Assembly (NCBI RefSeq): GCF_963921235.1
Contig: NC_086109.1
Coordinates: 33,234,001 to 33,294,000, forward strand
Length of the DNA: 60,000 bases
Source of the DNA: Mobula hypostoma
Taxonomy: Eukaryota
Direction of reading: 5' to 3'
Part shown: positions 1 to 10,782 of the stretch, in pieces
How positions within the stretch are numbered: position 1 is the first letter of the stretch
Layout: each line of letters begins with the position of its first letter
Notes under the pieces: generated by a model
What the model was told of the DNA's origin: nothing
Database searches by the model: none
Seen by the model: the letters and a program-made list of their open reading frames with translations, nothing else
Program-made: the position numbers and the translations under genes

Positions 1-648
1 GCTGGCATTTATAGCGAAAGGATTCGAGTACAGGAGCAGGGAGGTACTACTGCAGTTGTACAAGGCCTTGGTGAGACCACATCTGGAGTATTGTGTGCAG
101 TTTTGGTCCCCTAATCTGAGGAAAGACATCCTTGCCATAGAGGGAGTACAAAGAAGGTTCACCAGATTGATTCCTGGGATGGCAGGACTTTCATATGAAG
201 AAAGACTGGATGAACTGGGCTTGTACTCGTTGGAATTTAGAAGATTGAGGGGGGATCTGATTGAAACGTATAAGATCCTAAAGGGATTGGACAGGCTAGA
301 TGCAGGAAGATTGTTCCCGATGTTGGGGAAGTCCGGAACGAGGGGTCACAGTTTGAGGATAGAGGGGAAGCCTTTTACGACCGAGATTAGGAAAAACTTC
401 TTCACACAGAGAGTGGTGAATCTGTGGAATTCTCTGCCACAGCAAACTGTTGAGGCCAGTTCATTGGCTATGTTTAAGAGGGAGTTAGATATGGCCCTTG
501 TGGCTACAGGGGTCAGGGGGTATGGAGGGAAGGCTGGGGCGGGGTTCTGAGTTGGATGATCAGCCATGATCATAATAAATGGCGGTGCAGGCTCGAAGGG
601 CCGAATGGCCTACTCCTGCACCTATTTTCTATGTTTCTATGTTTCTAT
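1..648 (+). mobile_element. CR1-clade LINE 3' end (ORF2 C-terminus, 3' UTR, ATGTTTCT tail)
   Basis: ORF 56-550 has YKALVRPHLEYCVQFWSP...RRLRGDLIETYKI...FFTQRVVNLWNSLP, typical of the CR1 ORF2 C-terminus. It ends in tandem ATGTTTCT octamers. Confidence 0.93.
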
Positions 649-649
649 T

Positions 650-910
650 TAGAACAGAGAGGAGGAGGAATTTCTTTGACCAGAGGGACATCAATCTGTG
701 GAACTCAGTGCCACAGAGGGCTGTGGAGGACAAGTCATTTGGTATATTTAAAATGGAGATTGAAAGTTCTTGATTAGAAAGAACATCAAAGGTTCCAGGA
801 AGAAGGCAAGTGAATGAGGTTGAAAGGGGTAATGAATCACCCACAATGGAATGATAGGGCAGACTCAATAAGCCAAATGGCCAAATTCTACTTCTATGTA
901 TTATGACCTT
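650..910 (+). mobile_element. older degenerate CR1 3' fragment
   Basis: RRNFFDQR.INLWNS.PQRAVE remnant followed by a CR1-like 3' UTR; boundaries approximate. Confidence 0.7.
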
Positions 911-1439
911 AAAATTTGATAAGTAGATTGTTTATATTTACACTTGATGGAGTATGAAAGATGAAGTGAACTAAATCCTTTTTAACTCATATATACTGTA
1001 AATTGAACAAGATTGGAAACAGATCCTATTTATTTTTCAAGTTTGACAATGCTAATTACTTCACTTAAAATTAAAGCACTGTATTTTTGCCTGCAAGATT
1101 GCTTTGGAGTAAAATTTATTGAAACATCTTTTGCAGACAAATTAGCTATTGTGTTTCTTAGTTTTGCAGGCCTGTGATTTATTTATTTAGCTTTACCTTT
1201 CATTGTTTATCATTATTCCCACCAAAGACTTTAATATTGAAATGAACATCATGTTGATATACAACTTAGCATTCATGGATTGAAATATGAACATGACACA
1301 TTGAATCTGATTCACTGTATAAATGCAGATATTGATAAATCATTTACAATTATGATGTATTTTCCCTCCTGATTAGCTATTTAGGGTTGCAGAGTGTACA
1401 TGTTCTTTAAAACTAATACATTTTGCTTTCAGATCAAAG

Positions 1440-1556
1440 ATGATTTCCAAGCGAATGATGACAAGCATGTTGGTCGTTTGTATCGTAGTGGCTCTAGCAG
1501 AAGAAACCGAAGGGTTCCTGAGTTTCCTCAGCCCCAGTGATTATCAAAGGAAGCTT
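1440..1556 (+). CDS. MLN: prepromotilin, first coding exon (signal peptide + mature residues 1-14)
   Basis: Acceptor tttcag ends at 1432; ATG at 1440. Encodes MISKRMMTSMLVVCIVVALAEETEG|FLSFLSPSDYQRKL, with GT donor at 1557. The 25-aa signal + 14-aa split matches the mammalian motilin gene. Confidence 0.92.
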
Positions 1557-1770
1557 GTACGGAAAGCACTTTACAGTACATTTTCTTGACTCTTTCTCAT
1601 AGGCATGAGATGCCTATCTGTTTGACCATTGAAATTTTGTAATACACTACTACAAAAGAAACAACAGTCATGTCACTATATAGTAGTCTAGATCGAGTGC
1701 AATATTGTCTTGACATTTGTGTAGTTTTGCAGTTAAGCTAGATACCATTTGATATTTTCTTGTTTCCAAG

Positions 1771-1884
1771 GAAAATGACAGAATCAGGACGGAGAAAAAA
1801 GTGCCTGTGAATCTTCAAAAGAGGTCTAAAGAAAGTGGTTTACCAGAACCACTGGCCATGGAGAACATGAAGGAATTAATTAAG
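1771..1884 (+). CDS. MLN: prepromotilin, second coding exon (mature residues 15-22, KK site)
   Basis: ttccaag|GAA...AAG|gtataa, phase 0/0. Encodes ENDRIRTE-KK-VPVNLQKRSKESGLPEPLAMENMKELIK, which aligns with human EKERNKGQ-KK-SLSVWQRS...IK. Confidence 0.92.
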
Positions 1885-2448
1885 GTATAAATGCAGTAGA
1901 TTTTTTTACATAAACTTGTAACTCTCTGTATACTAATTAACTGCCACAATATTGAATTACTTTCCCGATAAAACTACAAGGCTATACAGTCTGTTTATGT
2001 TTCATAAAGGGTATCTCCCAAACGGGGCCATAACATTGAGTCTGCTGGCAAAAAAAAATACTGGATCACCCATATGCAACATCAGTTCCTGTTTGCCCCT
2101 AACATCCTCAGCACTTGTTTGCACATTACACTCCTAACCATCCTAGATTGATTCTTGAATCCCTCTTCCTTCCAATGTCCTCTATGATTACATAGATCTC
2201 CTTCCTGCTTCTAATTTATCAATGATATTCCTTCCATTGTCCGCCCCCCCCACCCTACCATCACCACAATCTTCTGTTTCATTTCGTCCTAGATAATCCT
2301 GAACCTTTTCTTGGCCTCTTTCTAATTTTTCCTTCACTCCAGAGTTATTGCCACATACCCTCAAATCACCTCCTCAGTTTACTCTGATAGTCTCACACTT
2401 AAAAGTAGCAGAGTGAACTCTGATAAAAATCATCGCTTTCTAACTATA

Positions 2449-2963
2449 TAGTCAGTGGCCAATTATTAGGTACACCTAATAAACGTGTTAATTAATGCAA
2501 GTATCTAATCAGCCAATCATATCACAGCAATATAATGCATAAAAACAGACCAAACATCAGAATAAGGAAGACATATGATCTAAGTGATTTGGATTGTGGA
2601 ATGATTGTTGGTGCCACATGAGTTTGTTTGAGTATCTTAGAAACTGCTAGCCTTCTGAGATTTTCACGCACAACCGTCTAGCATTTAGAGAATGGTGCAA
2701 TAAAACAAAAAAAAATCCAGTGAGTGGCACCTTGTTAATGAGAGAGGTCAGAGGAGAATGGCCTGACTAGTTCAAGCTGACAGGAAGGTGACAGCAACTC
2801 AAATAACCATGTGAAACAATAGTGGTGTGCAGAAGAGCATCTCAGAACACACAATATGTCGAACCTTGAAGTGATGGGCTACAGTAGCAGAAGACAATGA
2901 ACAAAGACACAGTGGCCACTTTATTAGATACAGGAGGTATCGAATAGAGTAATCACTGAGTGT
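2449..2963 (+). mobile_element. non-autonomous Tc1/mariner derivative
   Basis: Degenerate TIRs (CAGTGGCC.ATTATTAGGTAC ... GTATCGAATAGAGTAATCACTGAGTG) and a remnant of a Tc1 transposase N-terminus (DLSD.D.GMIVGA). A second copy lies near 35330-35835. Confidence 0.7.
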
Positions 2964-2965
2964 AG

Positions 2966-3107
2966 CAACACACAAAATGCTGAAGGGTCTTGGCCCAAAA
3001 CGTCAACTTACTCTTTTCCATTGATGCTGCCTGGCCTACTGCGTTCCTTCAGCATTTTGTGTGTGTTACTTGGATTTCCAGCATCTGCAGATTTTCTCTT
3101 GTTTGTG
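2966..3107 (+). mobile_element. short Penelope-derived element with decayed hammerhead motif
   Basis: GAAGGGTCTTGGCCCAAAACGTC...GATGCTGCCTGGCC...CAGCATCTGCAGA, the same sequence as the end of the Penelope element at 22921-23015. Confidence 0.7.
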
Positions 3108-4228
3108 GTTGAATCACTGAGCGAAATTTGTTTGGTATAAGCAAACATTCCATGCCATTTCATAGGAGCACTTCCAAACAAAGTCTGATGTTAAGTGTGT
3201 TTAGGGGAAATGATGAAAATCTTAACCTAAGTGATCAATTTTGCAGAGCGTCTGAAAGGAGCAAAAAAACTGAGAAAAAAAACATGCAGAGTGCATTGAT
3301 CAATGTCAGTAATGGGAGTATGTAAATTTCTCAGATTACTGAGCTACTGGGCTGAAGGATAATGGACAAGGTGGAAGGTGGAGTACTAGTGGTGGTACTT
3401 TAGTGGAGAGGAAGCCCATCGAGTAATTTGAAATCAAGGATGAAAATTTTGAAATTTTAGGCACTGTTTAACTGGGAGCCAATGAAGATCAGCGTGTACA
3501 AAAGAGCTGCATTAAAGGAACTTCATGCACATAGGATACTGGAAGAAAATATTGGATAATATCAAGATTATGGAAGATAGAACCAGGCAGATCATCCAAT
3601 CATGTACTGAATTGAATTCGCAGTTCTAGAGATAATAAAATCATGGATGAGTGTGTTTCAATAATATAAATATTTTGTCCAAATTTGGTCTTAGGATCAG
3701 TTAGGCTTCAAATTTGAGGACAGTCTGGTTAAGTTTTAGACAGCTGAAATGAAGGAAAAAAGAAACAACTTTTGCAACAACTTACAAATACAAGATCCTT
3801 GGTCTTCCCAATAAATAAACACATGCCTACTGATTTCTTCAGTTTTGTGTATGACCACCAAATATCTTGAATATGTTAAATTTTTACTCAAATCCAGAAT
3901 GTTCTAGAAAATACTTTCTGGGTATTTAATGGATTGAACTCAACTAAATAGGATAAAATTGAGGTCATTTTAGTAATGTTAAATGGAGTTGTTTGAAAGC
4001 TATGGAGAGGAATAGTTTAATAATATCTGCAGTTGAAAAAGAATACTTGAAGAAAAGTACTCACTATTAACATGATTATTATTCTGAAGAAAATAATATT
4101 AAAACTTGTGTTAATATTTCTTGTTGCTTTAAGATTTGTGATTTTTTTGTTGAAGAAGCCATTCAATAAAGGTCTATTGTCAAGTATTCAATATATAGTT
4201 TTCCATTATGGTATTTTCAAACATGGAA

Positions 4229-4363
4229 AGAGAAGAGATTCTGCTGATGCTGGAAATCCAGAGTAACACACACAAAATGCTGGACAAACTCAGAAGGTCA
4301 GGCAGCATCAATGGAAAGGAATAAAGATTTGATGTTTCAGGCCAAGACTCTTCATCAGGACTG
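4229..4363 (-). mobile_element. short Penelope-derived element with hammerhead core
   Basis: The reverse strand reads CAGTC-CTGATGA-AGAGTCTTGGCCT-GAAA-CATC. Confidence 0.72.
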
Positions 4364-5074
4364 CAAAATGGAAGCAAGTTTCTGGAAAAGTCGAGAGAAA
4401 ATCAAGTAGCCAATTGATTAATGTACTTGTGTATGCACTTGTAAACTTACCTTGATGACCATGACATCCATTATGATGCTCTCAAGGCTAAGATGTTAAT
4501 ATCTTTTTATGAAAGTCACTAAAGCATAGAAGTTAGAGCTACTAATAAAGGAAGCAGAGAAGCCCATGAATGCCACCGTCACAACCCACGAAACAGTATT
4601 GTTCTTTATATTATCAATTGCATATAATTTTGTTCAGCTTAAGCCTATAATAAAATAAGGCAGATTTAAAATATCATATGCCAGATGCAGGATAATTAAT
4701 AGTAAAAATAGCAACCTATAATGCATAAATATTTAATATTGTAACAGTATAAATTCTCAGATTTACAAAATCATCTTGAATCATTTCTTCTGAAAATACA
4801 GAACTTTTTAACAGAAAGTACCTTCATGTGCTAAATAATCAATCCCATACATTTTAGAAGTTACCTCCTAAATCAGTGAGTATTTCTATTAAAACAATCT
4901 TTTTAATCAAGATTTTTGTAACTTCTAGTAAATTTTAATCTAACGATACATTCATGAAACACCATGAAACATTTCACTTTACAGGTAAATTAAAGTTGTT
5001 TTGGTTCATCTTATATGATCAAGGAAACATTTTTACCAAATTTTATAACTTTTCTCTTTATGATTTCTGTACAG

Positions 5075-5183
5075 TTTTCTTTTCCTTTTGAAATTCGTAT
5101 CACAATGAATCCACAAAATGTTCAGAAATATGGGGAACTTCTTGGTGAGCTCTTGGCTGACAGCTTGTCTGAAAGCATGAATG
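5075..5183 (+). CDS. MLN: prepromotilin, third coding exon (motilin-associated peptide)
   Basis: gtacag|TTT...AATG|gtaata. Encodes FSFPFEIRITMNPQNVQKYGELLGELLADSLSESMN, similar to human LTAPLEIGMRMNSRQLEKY..LEGLL. Confidence 0.9.
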
Positions 5184-6001
5184 GTAATATAGATTTTATT
5201 TAGTTTCTGGAGCTTATTCTTCGTAGATTTATAGAAAACTGAAATTTAAAACATTTTAACATTGACACAAATTGATAATTGGCAATGAAATAAATATATA
5301 ACTTGTGAAGCCGTATGTGTATTGGAATATAGTTTAAACAAGTTTTGCTAATTTCATCTAGATTCAAACTTCAGCAAAATTAAGCAATTTATCATCAACT
5401 CTAATGCATTTTAAGGAATTAAATAAGAAAGTTAAGGGTGGCAAGGAAGATAGGGAGTGGAGTTTGATTATGATTCAGATTATTTACACCCTACCTGCCC
5501 ACTGCAGTCCTACCCTTTCTCTGACCCAGTTGCTGATTATTTACTATTTATCCTTGTTAATTAAAGTATCTCAAGGATTAAATGAAAACAAAAAAAATGT
5601 AAGATAATATATGACGTCGTGGGCTTATCAACGAAACATCAAAGAAGGAGGGTGCCCACCTGATGACCCTGATGATGTACCTACCCTCCCTCCTTGTCAC
5701 CACTCCAAACCCACTGCCAACATCGAGAGTGCCAACTTACCATAGGGATTGAAACATCAAGTCCTAGTAGCTCTACTGATATATAGAAGATTGTATATGG
5801 CAAAACACAAACGGCAACAACTCCTGGAAATTAGTTCAGTTTCTGTCATTCTGATGTAAAGTATTTTCTTTGTGAGAAATTAGCTATACTATAATGTGAT
5901 AACTGTCAAACTAACTTCTAATGTTTTTTATATTATATACAAGATAGTATGCTGAATGGTATTTAAAGACTAAAATCAATTTCTCTTTTTTTTTTGAACA
6001 G

Positions 6002-6009
6002 ATCAATGA
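6002..6009 (+). CDS. MLN: prepromotilin, terminal coding exon (D-Q-stop)
   Basis: Strong polypyrimidine tract plus aacag at 6001. The phase-1 join G|AT CAA TGA gives a 115-aa precursor, and AATAAA signals follow. An alternative is read-through to TAG at 5203. Confidence 0.7.
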
Positions 6010-6097
6010 CATCAACAAACCAGACTCATCAGTTTGGTTTGTCAATTCAGACAAATGAATCCCAAGATTGGATATGGTGACATATATGTACTTGGAT

Positions 6098-6199
6098 AAT
6101 AAATTTCTTGGAAATTTGGCTCATAGAATGATATAAATCATATGTGATGTATCTATACATGAATAAATTGTGAAAGACTGATGACTGATAATCAATAAA
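6098..6199 (+). promoter_or_regulatory. candidate MLN polyadenylation signals
   Basis: AATAAA at 6098, 6162 and 6194, downstream of the stop codon. Confidence 0.5.
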
Positions 6200-7307
6200 G
6201 TTAGAACTATGATATCTTTGTACTATGTCATTACTATATATAGGCTGCAGCAAAAGTAACGACTCAAGAGCAACATTAAATTAATTTTGCATTCTTTAAA
6301 AATGTGAATTCTTTAAAAACAATTATTCAGCACCCTCCTCCCCTTCATAGCCAATGTTAGCAATGGACAGTGAGCAATCTTTCGGACGCCCGAGATACTG
6401 AATCAATTAAAAAATGGTGGTTAATGTCAGAGAATGTTGGGTGACATAAATAGTGCTGAGGTAGACTTATGCAGCACTGAAAGGGCAAGGGGGAGCTGCA
6501 TGAAATAGCACTGGAGGGCAAGATTAGGGAAAGTCCCAAAGTGTTTTATAAGTATATTAATGACGAGAGGAATAAGTAGGGCCTATGAGATACTGAAGTG
6601 GCAACCTGCTCATGGAACTGGAGAAAGTGGGTGGAGTCTCATCTGTATTCACCAAGATGACATTGTACTGGAGATTTTGGGGTTGGTGGGTAATGATGGA
6701 ATTCTAGAACAAATTACCATTCAAAAAAGGAAACAAGATGACTAGAGGACAGCAAATCTGCTACCTTTATTCAAGAATGGAAGGAGGGATAAATCAGATA
6801 ATTACAAGCTGGTGTCACACTGGTGGGGCATTGGGAGCAAGGGTGGACCCAAATGCAAGACACATCTTGTGAGGTTACTTAGATTTAGTTTATTGTTCGA
6901 TACCAGGAGAGCAGGGCAGGAGCAGGAAATAGCGAACTGGACAAGGACTATGACTGGGCTGGGACCAAGGGTCTGGGCTAGGACTCGGAATTGGCTCCCA
7001 GAACTAGAGGAGACATGAAGAGGCTAGGGTATGGACTCCGAGCCCGAGACTGGGCGAGGACCTAGTACCTGGGTCTTGCCTCGGGCTCGGACCCCAGAAC
7101 CAGGCATGGACATGACATGGGCTAGGGAGAGGAGGAACATGGGAACACAGAGCCTCGGTCTCGGGAGAGCAGGTACATGGAACCATGGACACATACACAG
7201 AACACAGAGTCGGGACCCCTCCTTGGGTATAGGACATAGGGCCGAGACTCACACACAGAACAGAGAGCCGGGACCCCTCCTTGGGTACAGGACATAGGGC
7301 CGGGATT

Positions 7308-7585
7308 CATGACCCCCCGCAGGGCAACGGCAAACGGCCTGACTTACCCCATGGAGGCGAGGACAAGACGAAACAAGACATGACTCCCCGCGGGGCAATG
7401 GCAAGACGGCCAGACTTGCCCCACGGAGGCGAGGACAAGACAAGACAAGACATGACTCCCCATGGGGCAATGGCAAGACGGCCAGACTTACCCCACGTAG
7501 GCGAGGACAAGACAAGACATGACCCCCCGCGGGGCAATGGCAAGACGGCCAGACTTACCCCAAGGAGGCGAGGAATAGACAAGAC
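7308..7585. repeat. tandem repeat, about 4 copies of 67-72 bp
   Basis: CATGAC(C/T)CCCC...GGCAATGGCAAGACGGCCAGACTT.CCCCA.GGAGGCGAGGACAAGAC units start at 7308, 7379, 7451 and 7518. Confidence 0.9.
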
Positions 7586-7736
7586 CAACACGAAAGAACA
7601 CCAGACAGTACCTATCTAGCTCCGGCAATAGAACTAGATCGAAGTGTAGGCGGGGGCTGCAGATGAGGGCTAGAGGCAAGAGGGGCAGAGAAGGGATTCA
7701 GACAAGGGGGTAGGACAGGAATCACAGACCGCCAGG

Positions 7737-7860
7737 GCCAGGACTTGACTTGGAACTTGAATGCCGCCGGAGCCAGGACTTGACTTGGTGCTTGAATGCC
7801 GCCGGAGCCAGGACTTGACTTGGAACTTGAATGCTGCCGGAGCCAGGACTTGACTTGGAG
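7737..7860. repeat. 35-bp tandem repeat, about 3.5 copies
   Basis: GCCAGGACTTGACTTGGAACTTGAATGCCGCCGGA units start at 7737, 7772, 7807 and 7842. Confidence 0.92.
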
Positions 7861-9469
7861 CCTCTGGGTAGTGGCGAGCTCTTGACTCAGCCCGGGAACA
7901 GTAGACAGCGGTTCTTGATTCCCTCCGGCGGGTTAACTGACGGACTCACCTCGATGAGGAAACTTTGCAGGCTGGCTTTGGCAAGGTAACTGGACAGGGT
8001 TGCTCCAGTGAGGAAGGGTGAATTACTAGCACTTGCTTCGGCAGAGACTAGGCTTGCTTCAGCCAGATGACATTGGCACGCCATGACTTTGCAGACACTC
8101 CCGCACCGAAAGGCTGAAAGCCGGAGACTATAAACTACCGGTTCAGCTGAGTGTTAATTGCCCCTAATCACCAAAGTTGAGGGACACGGGAAAACAGGGA
8201 ATCAACAGTCCGGATTGTAACAAAAACAAGCCAAATTTAAAGGGACTCCGATCTGGACCATGATGGCTGAATCTAGCATCGATGTAGAGAAATTATTAGA
8301 AAAAAAATTCTGAGGGTTTGATGTGATGCACTTGGAAAATTAAAAATCAATCAAGGATACTAAACATAGTTTTTTAAAGGAAAAATCCTGTCAGACCAAT
8401 TTAGGAGGTAATTAAATACGCTGATGTAGTCTGAATGGACTTCAGTAAAACCATTGATAGACAGGAAGTCAGTCCGAATGATAGGAGCCCATGATATCAA
8501 AGGCAATTTGGCAAAATTCAGTCTGAAACTGGCTACATGATAAGAAACAAGAGTAGTGGTTGAGGAACATCTGGTGATTATAAAACTATGACCAGTGGTG
8601 AACTACAGTAAACAAGACTGGAACATTTTATGCTTGTAACATCTATCAACAATCCAAACATGAATGTAGGGGGCATGCTTACTATAAAGTTTGGTAACAT
8701 TTTTAGTGAGAAATGTAGTATTCAACTCCAGAATTGTATCAATGAGTTCTTAAAACAGACAGAGTGATGGCAGCTGGAAATTAATCCAGAAAAAAATGAA
8801 AGATATTGCATTTTGGGATGACTATTAAGGCTAGAATATACACAATGATTGGTAAGACCCTGGATAGCTCCAAGAGATGAAGTGACATACATTTTAATTC
8901 CAAACATCACTGAAGGTAACAGTACAGCTAGATAAGGTGGTGTAGAAGGCCAAAGCACAGATTAGCAGAGAAAAGAGTTTGTGATATAACTATATAAACA
9001 TTAATCAGGCCACATGTGGAGTATAGTGCACAGTTCTGGTCATTAAACAGTGATATGAAGAATATAGTTGTATAGGAGAAAATGCAGAGGAAATTCACTT
9101 AGGTGCAGCCTGAGATGGAGTATTTCATCTATGAGAAGAGAACTGACTAGGCTGGATTTGCTTTCCTTGGAGTGAAGGCAGAAGGGGGTGGTGGGGTTGC
9201 ACACATAATTCAGGAATACAAAATTATGAGGCACATAAGTAAGTTAGAGATTTAAAAACTTTTCTTCTTACCAAAGCTGTCTATGACCAGAAGACATCAG
9301 CTTATGGCAAGGGGCAGGGGATTTAGAGAGGATTTGAAGAAAAACAATTTTGCCGGAAGATGTTTAAGGTCTACAACACATTGCCTCAAAAGGGTGGTGC
9401 AGGCAGATCCTCTGTCAACATTTAAGTATTTATGCAAGCACTTGAAACACCATGAAAAAGAAGACAAGG

Positions 9470-9830
9470 TGCCCCTCCTTCTTCCCTTTCTCCTATGGTC
9501 CACTCTCCTCTCCTGTCAGATTCATTCTTCTTCAGCCTTTTATCTTTACCACCTATCACCTCCCAGCTTCTCACTTCATCCCTCTTCCCCCACCCACCTA
9601 CCTTTCCCCTCACATAGCTTCACTTATCACCTTCTAGCTTGTACTTCTACCCTCCACCTTTTTATTCTGGCTTCTTCCCCTTTCCAGTCCTAATGAAGGG
9701 TCTTGGCCAAAACGTCGACTGTTTATTGGACAAACTTTATTCCTTTCCATAGATGCTGCCCCACCTGCTGAGCTCCTTCAGTGTTTTGTATGTGTTACTC
9801 TGGATTTCCAGAATGTGCAGAATCTCATGT
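9470..9830 (+). mobile_element. Penelope-like element 3' UTR with decayed hammerhead
   Basis: Pyrimidine-rich tract followed by CAGTCCTAATGAAGGGTCTTGGCCAAAACGTCGACTG. Confidence 0.7.
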
Positions 9831-10649
9831 GCCCTAGCTAAAGAAGGCCTGGCCATAAACTCATTAAAATTTAGAATATGAGATTTAATCATATGGTAAC
9901 ACATCAGATTTTGAGTGTGACTGTTATGGTATATCCAACTTTTCTACTTTTGGTCATCAACTCATATCTTTTGTTCACAGATGCAAACTAGACTGCTGCT
10001 AAGCTCCTGCTGTTTTTATTTCACTCTGCAGTATTCATTCAACATTTTACCCTATTTGTTAAGCAGTTTCTCTGGGTCAAATACGAGTTATTTCAAATGT
10101 AATTCACAGATCGAAAGCTGATTGATGGGACAGGTATTTTTGGCCTCAAATGGAGTAGGTGGTTTCAAAAGTATGGTGGGTGAGTAAATTTGTGAAGCAG
10201 TGCCCCCCTTTTCATTATTCACATTGAGCTTGTGAACTCCCAATGAATGGATTTAAGGTTCTTAATGCTATTTTAAATATAGTACTCCACTTCCCCTGGT
10301 CATGGGTCAAATCCTCACAAGTCAATTGGGACACTACATTTTTTTCATGGAAGCTTTCAGAACCTTTTTAATCTTTTCTTCTCTCCATCTGGTATTAAAA
10401 GTCATCAACCTAAAACATCAGCTCGATGTTTTTCTCTCCACAGACACTGCCTAACCCGTCGAGTATTCCAATTTTTCTGTTGAACACCTTCCCATTGATC
10501 CTGCAGATTAATTGAACTCTAACTGGTATTGACTCCACTCTAGTCGGAGTCGAGGTGTCTAACAAATCGAGCTATTTAGCGGGGTAGTAGCTTGCTTGAA
10601 TACATACATAACTGGTGCTGATTTTTCCGTAAGGGACCATTTACCATAA

Positions 10650-10782
10650 AATAACGCGCTTCAAACGCGCTCACGAGGCGTCACGTGATCGGGCCGTCAG
10701 CCATTTAGCGACGTTCGGTGCGCATGCTCCGCTCTGCGTGCCTGGACAGTGACGTAGCCAGCGTCTGGGCTGAACGTTGAAA
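10650..10782 (+). promoter_or_regulatory. LEMD2 CpG-island, TATA-less promoter / 5' UTR
   Basis: Abrupt CpG enrichment. Motifs: GTCACGTGAT E-box at 10680-10689, GCCATTT (YY1-like) at 10700, TGCGCATGC (NRF1-like) at 10719-10727 and TGACGTA (CRE-like) at 10750. Confidence 0.7.

Larger units (their letters stand above)
6813..8263 (-). mobile_element. solo-LTR-like / non-autonomous LTR element with internal minisatellites
   Basis: GC-rich block beginning TGTCACAC and ending GGACCATGA, with a minus-strand AATAAA near the left end. It splits a CR1 copy and has no coding domain. No clean TSD seen. Confidence 0.6.
6400..9450 (+). mobile_element. highly degenerate CR1 LINE, interrupted by an LTR-like element at 6813-8263
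   Basis: CR1 RT remnants continue across the insertion (..LFKNGRRDKSDNYKL | ..SI.VEKLLEK), with later RPHVEYSAQFWS and 3' motifs. Boundaries approximate. Confidence 0.7.

Noticed and set aside
1316..1325. TATAAA upstream of the MLN ATG as the promoter
   Set aside because: A clear splice acceptor precedes the ATG exon, implying an upstream non-coding exon that I could not locate. TATA-like words are common in this AT-rich DNA.
1440..6009. Calling the hormone gene ghrelin
   Set aside because: Phe1, a 22-mer followed by KK, a signal peptide resembling MVSRKAV..QTEA, a 115-aa length and LEMD2 adjacency all fit motilin.
7004..7679. Cluster of overlapping repetitive ORFs on both strands
   Set aside because: They are products of GC-rich minisatellites within an LTR-like element and contain no protein domain.
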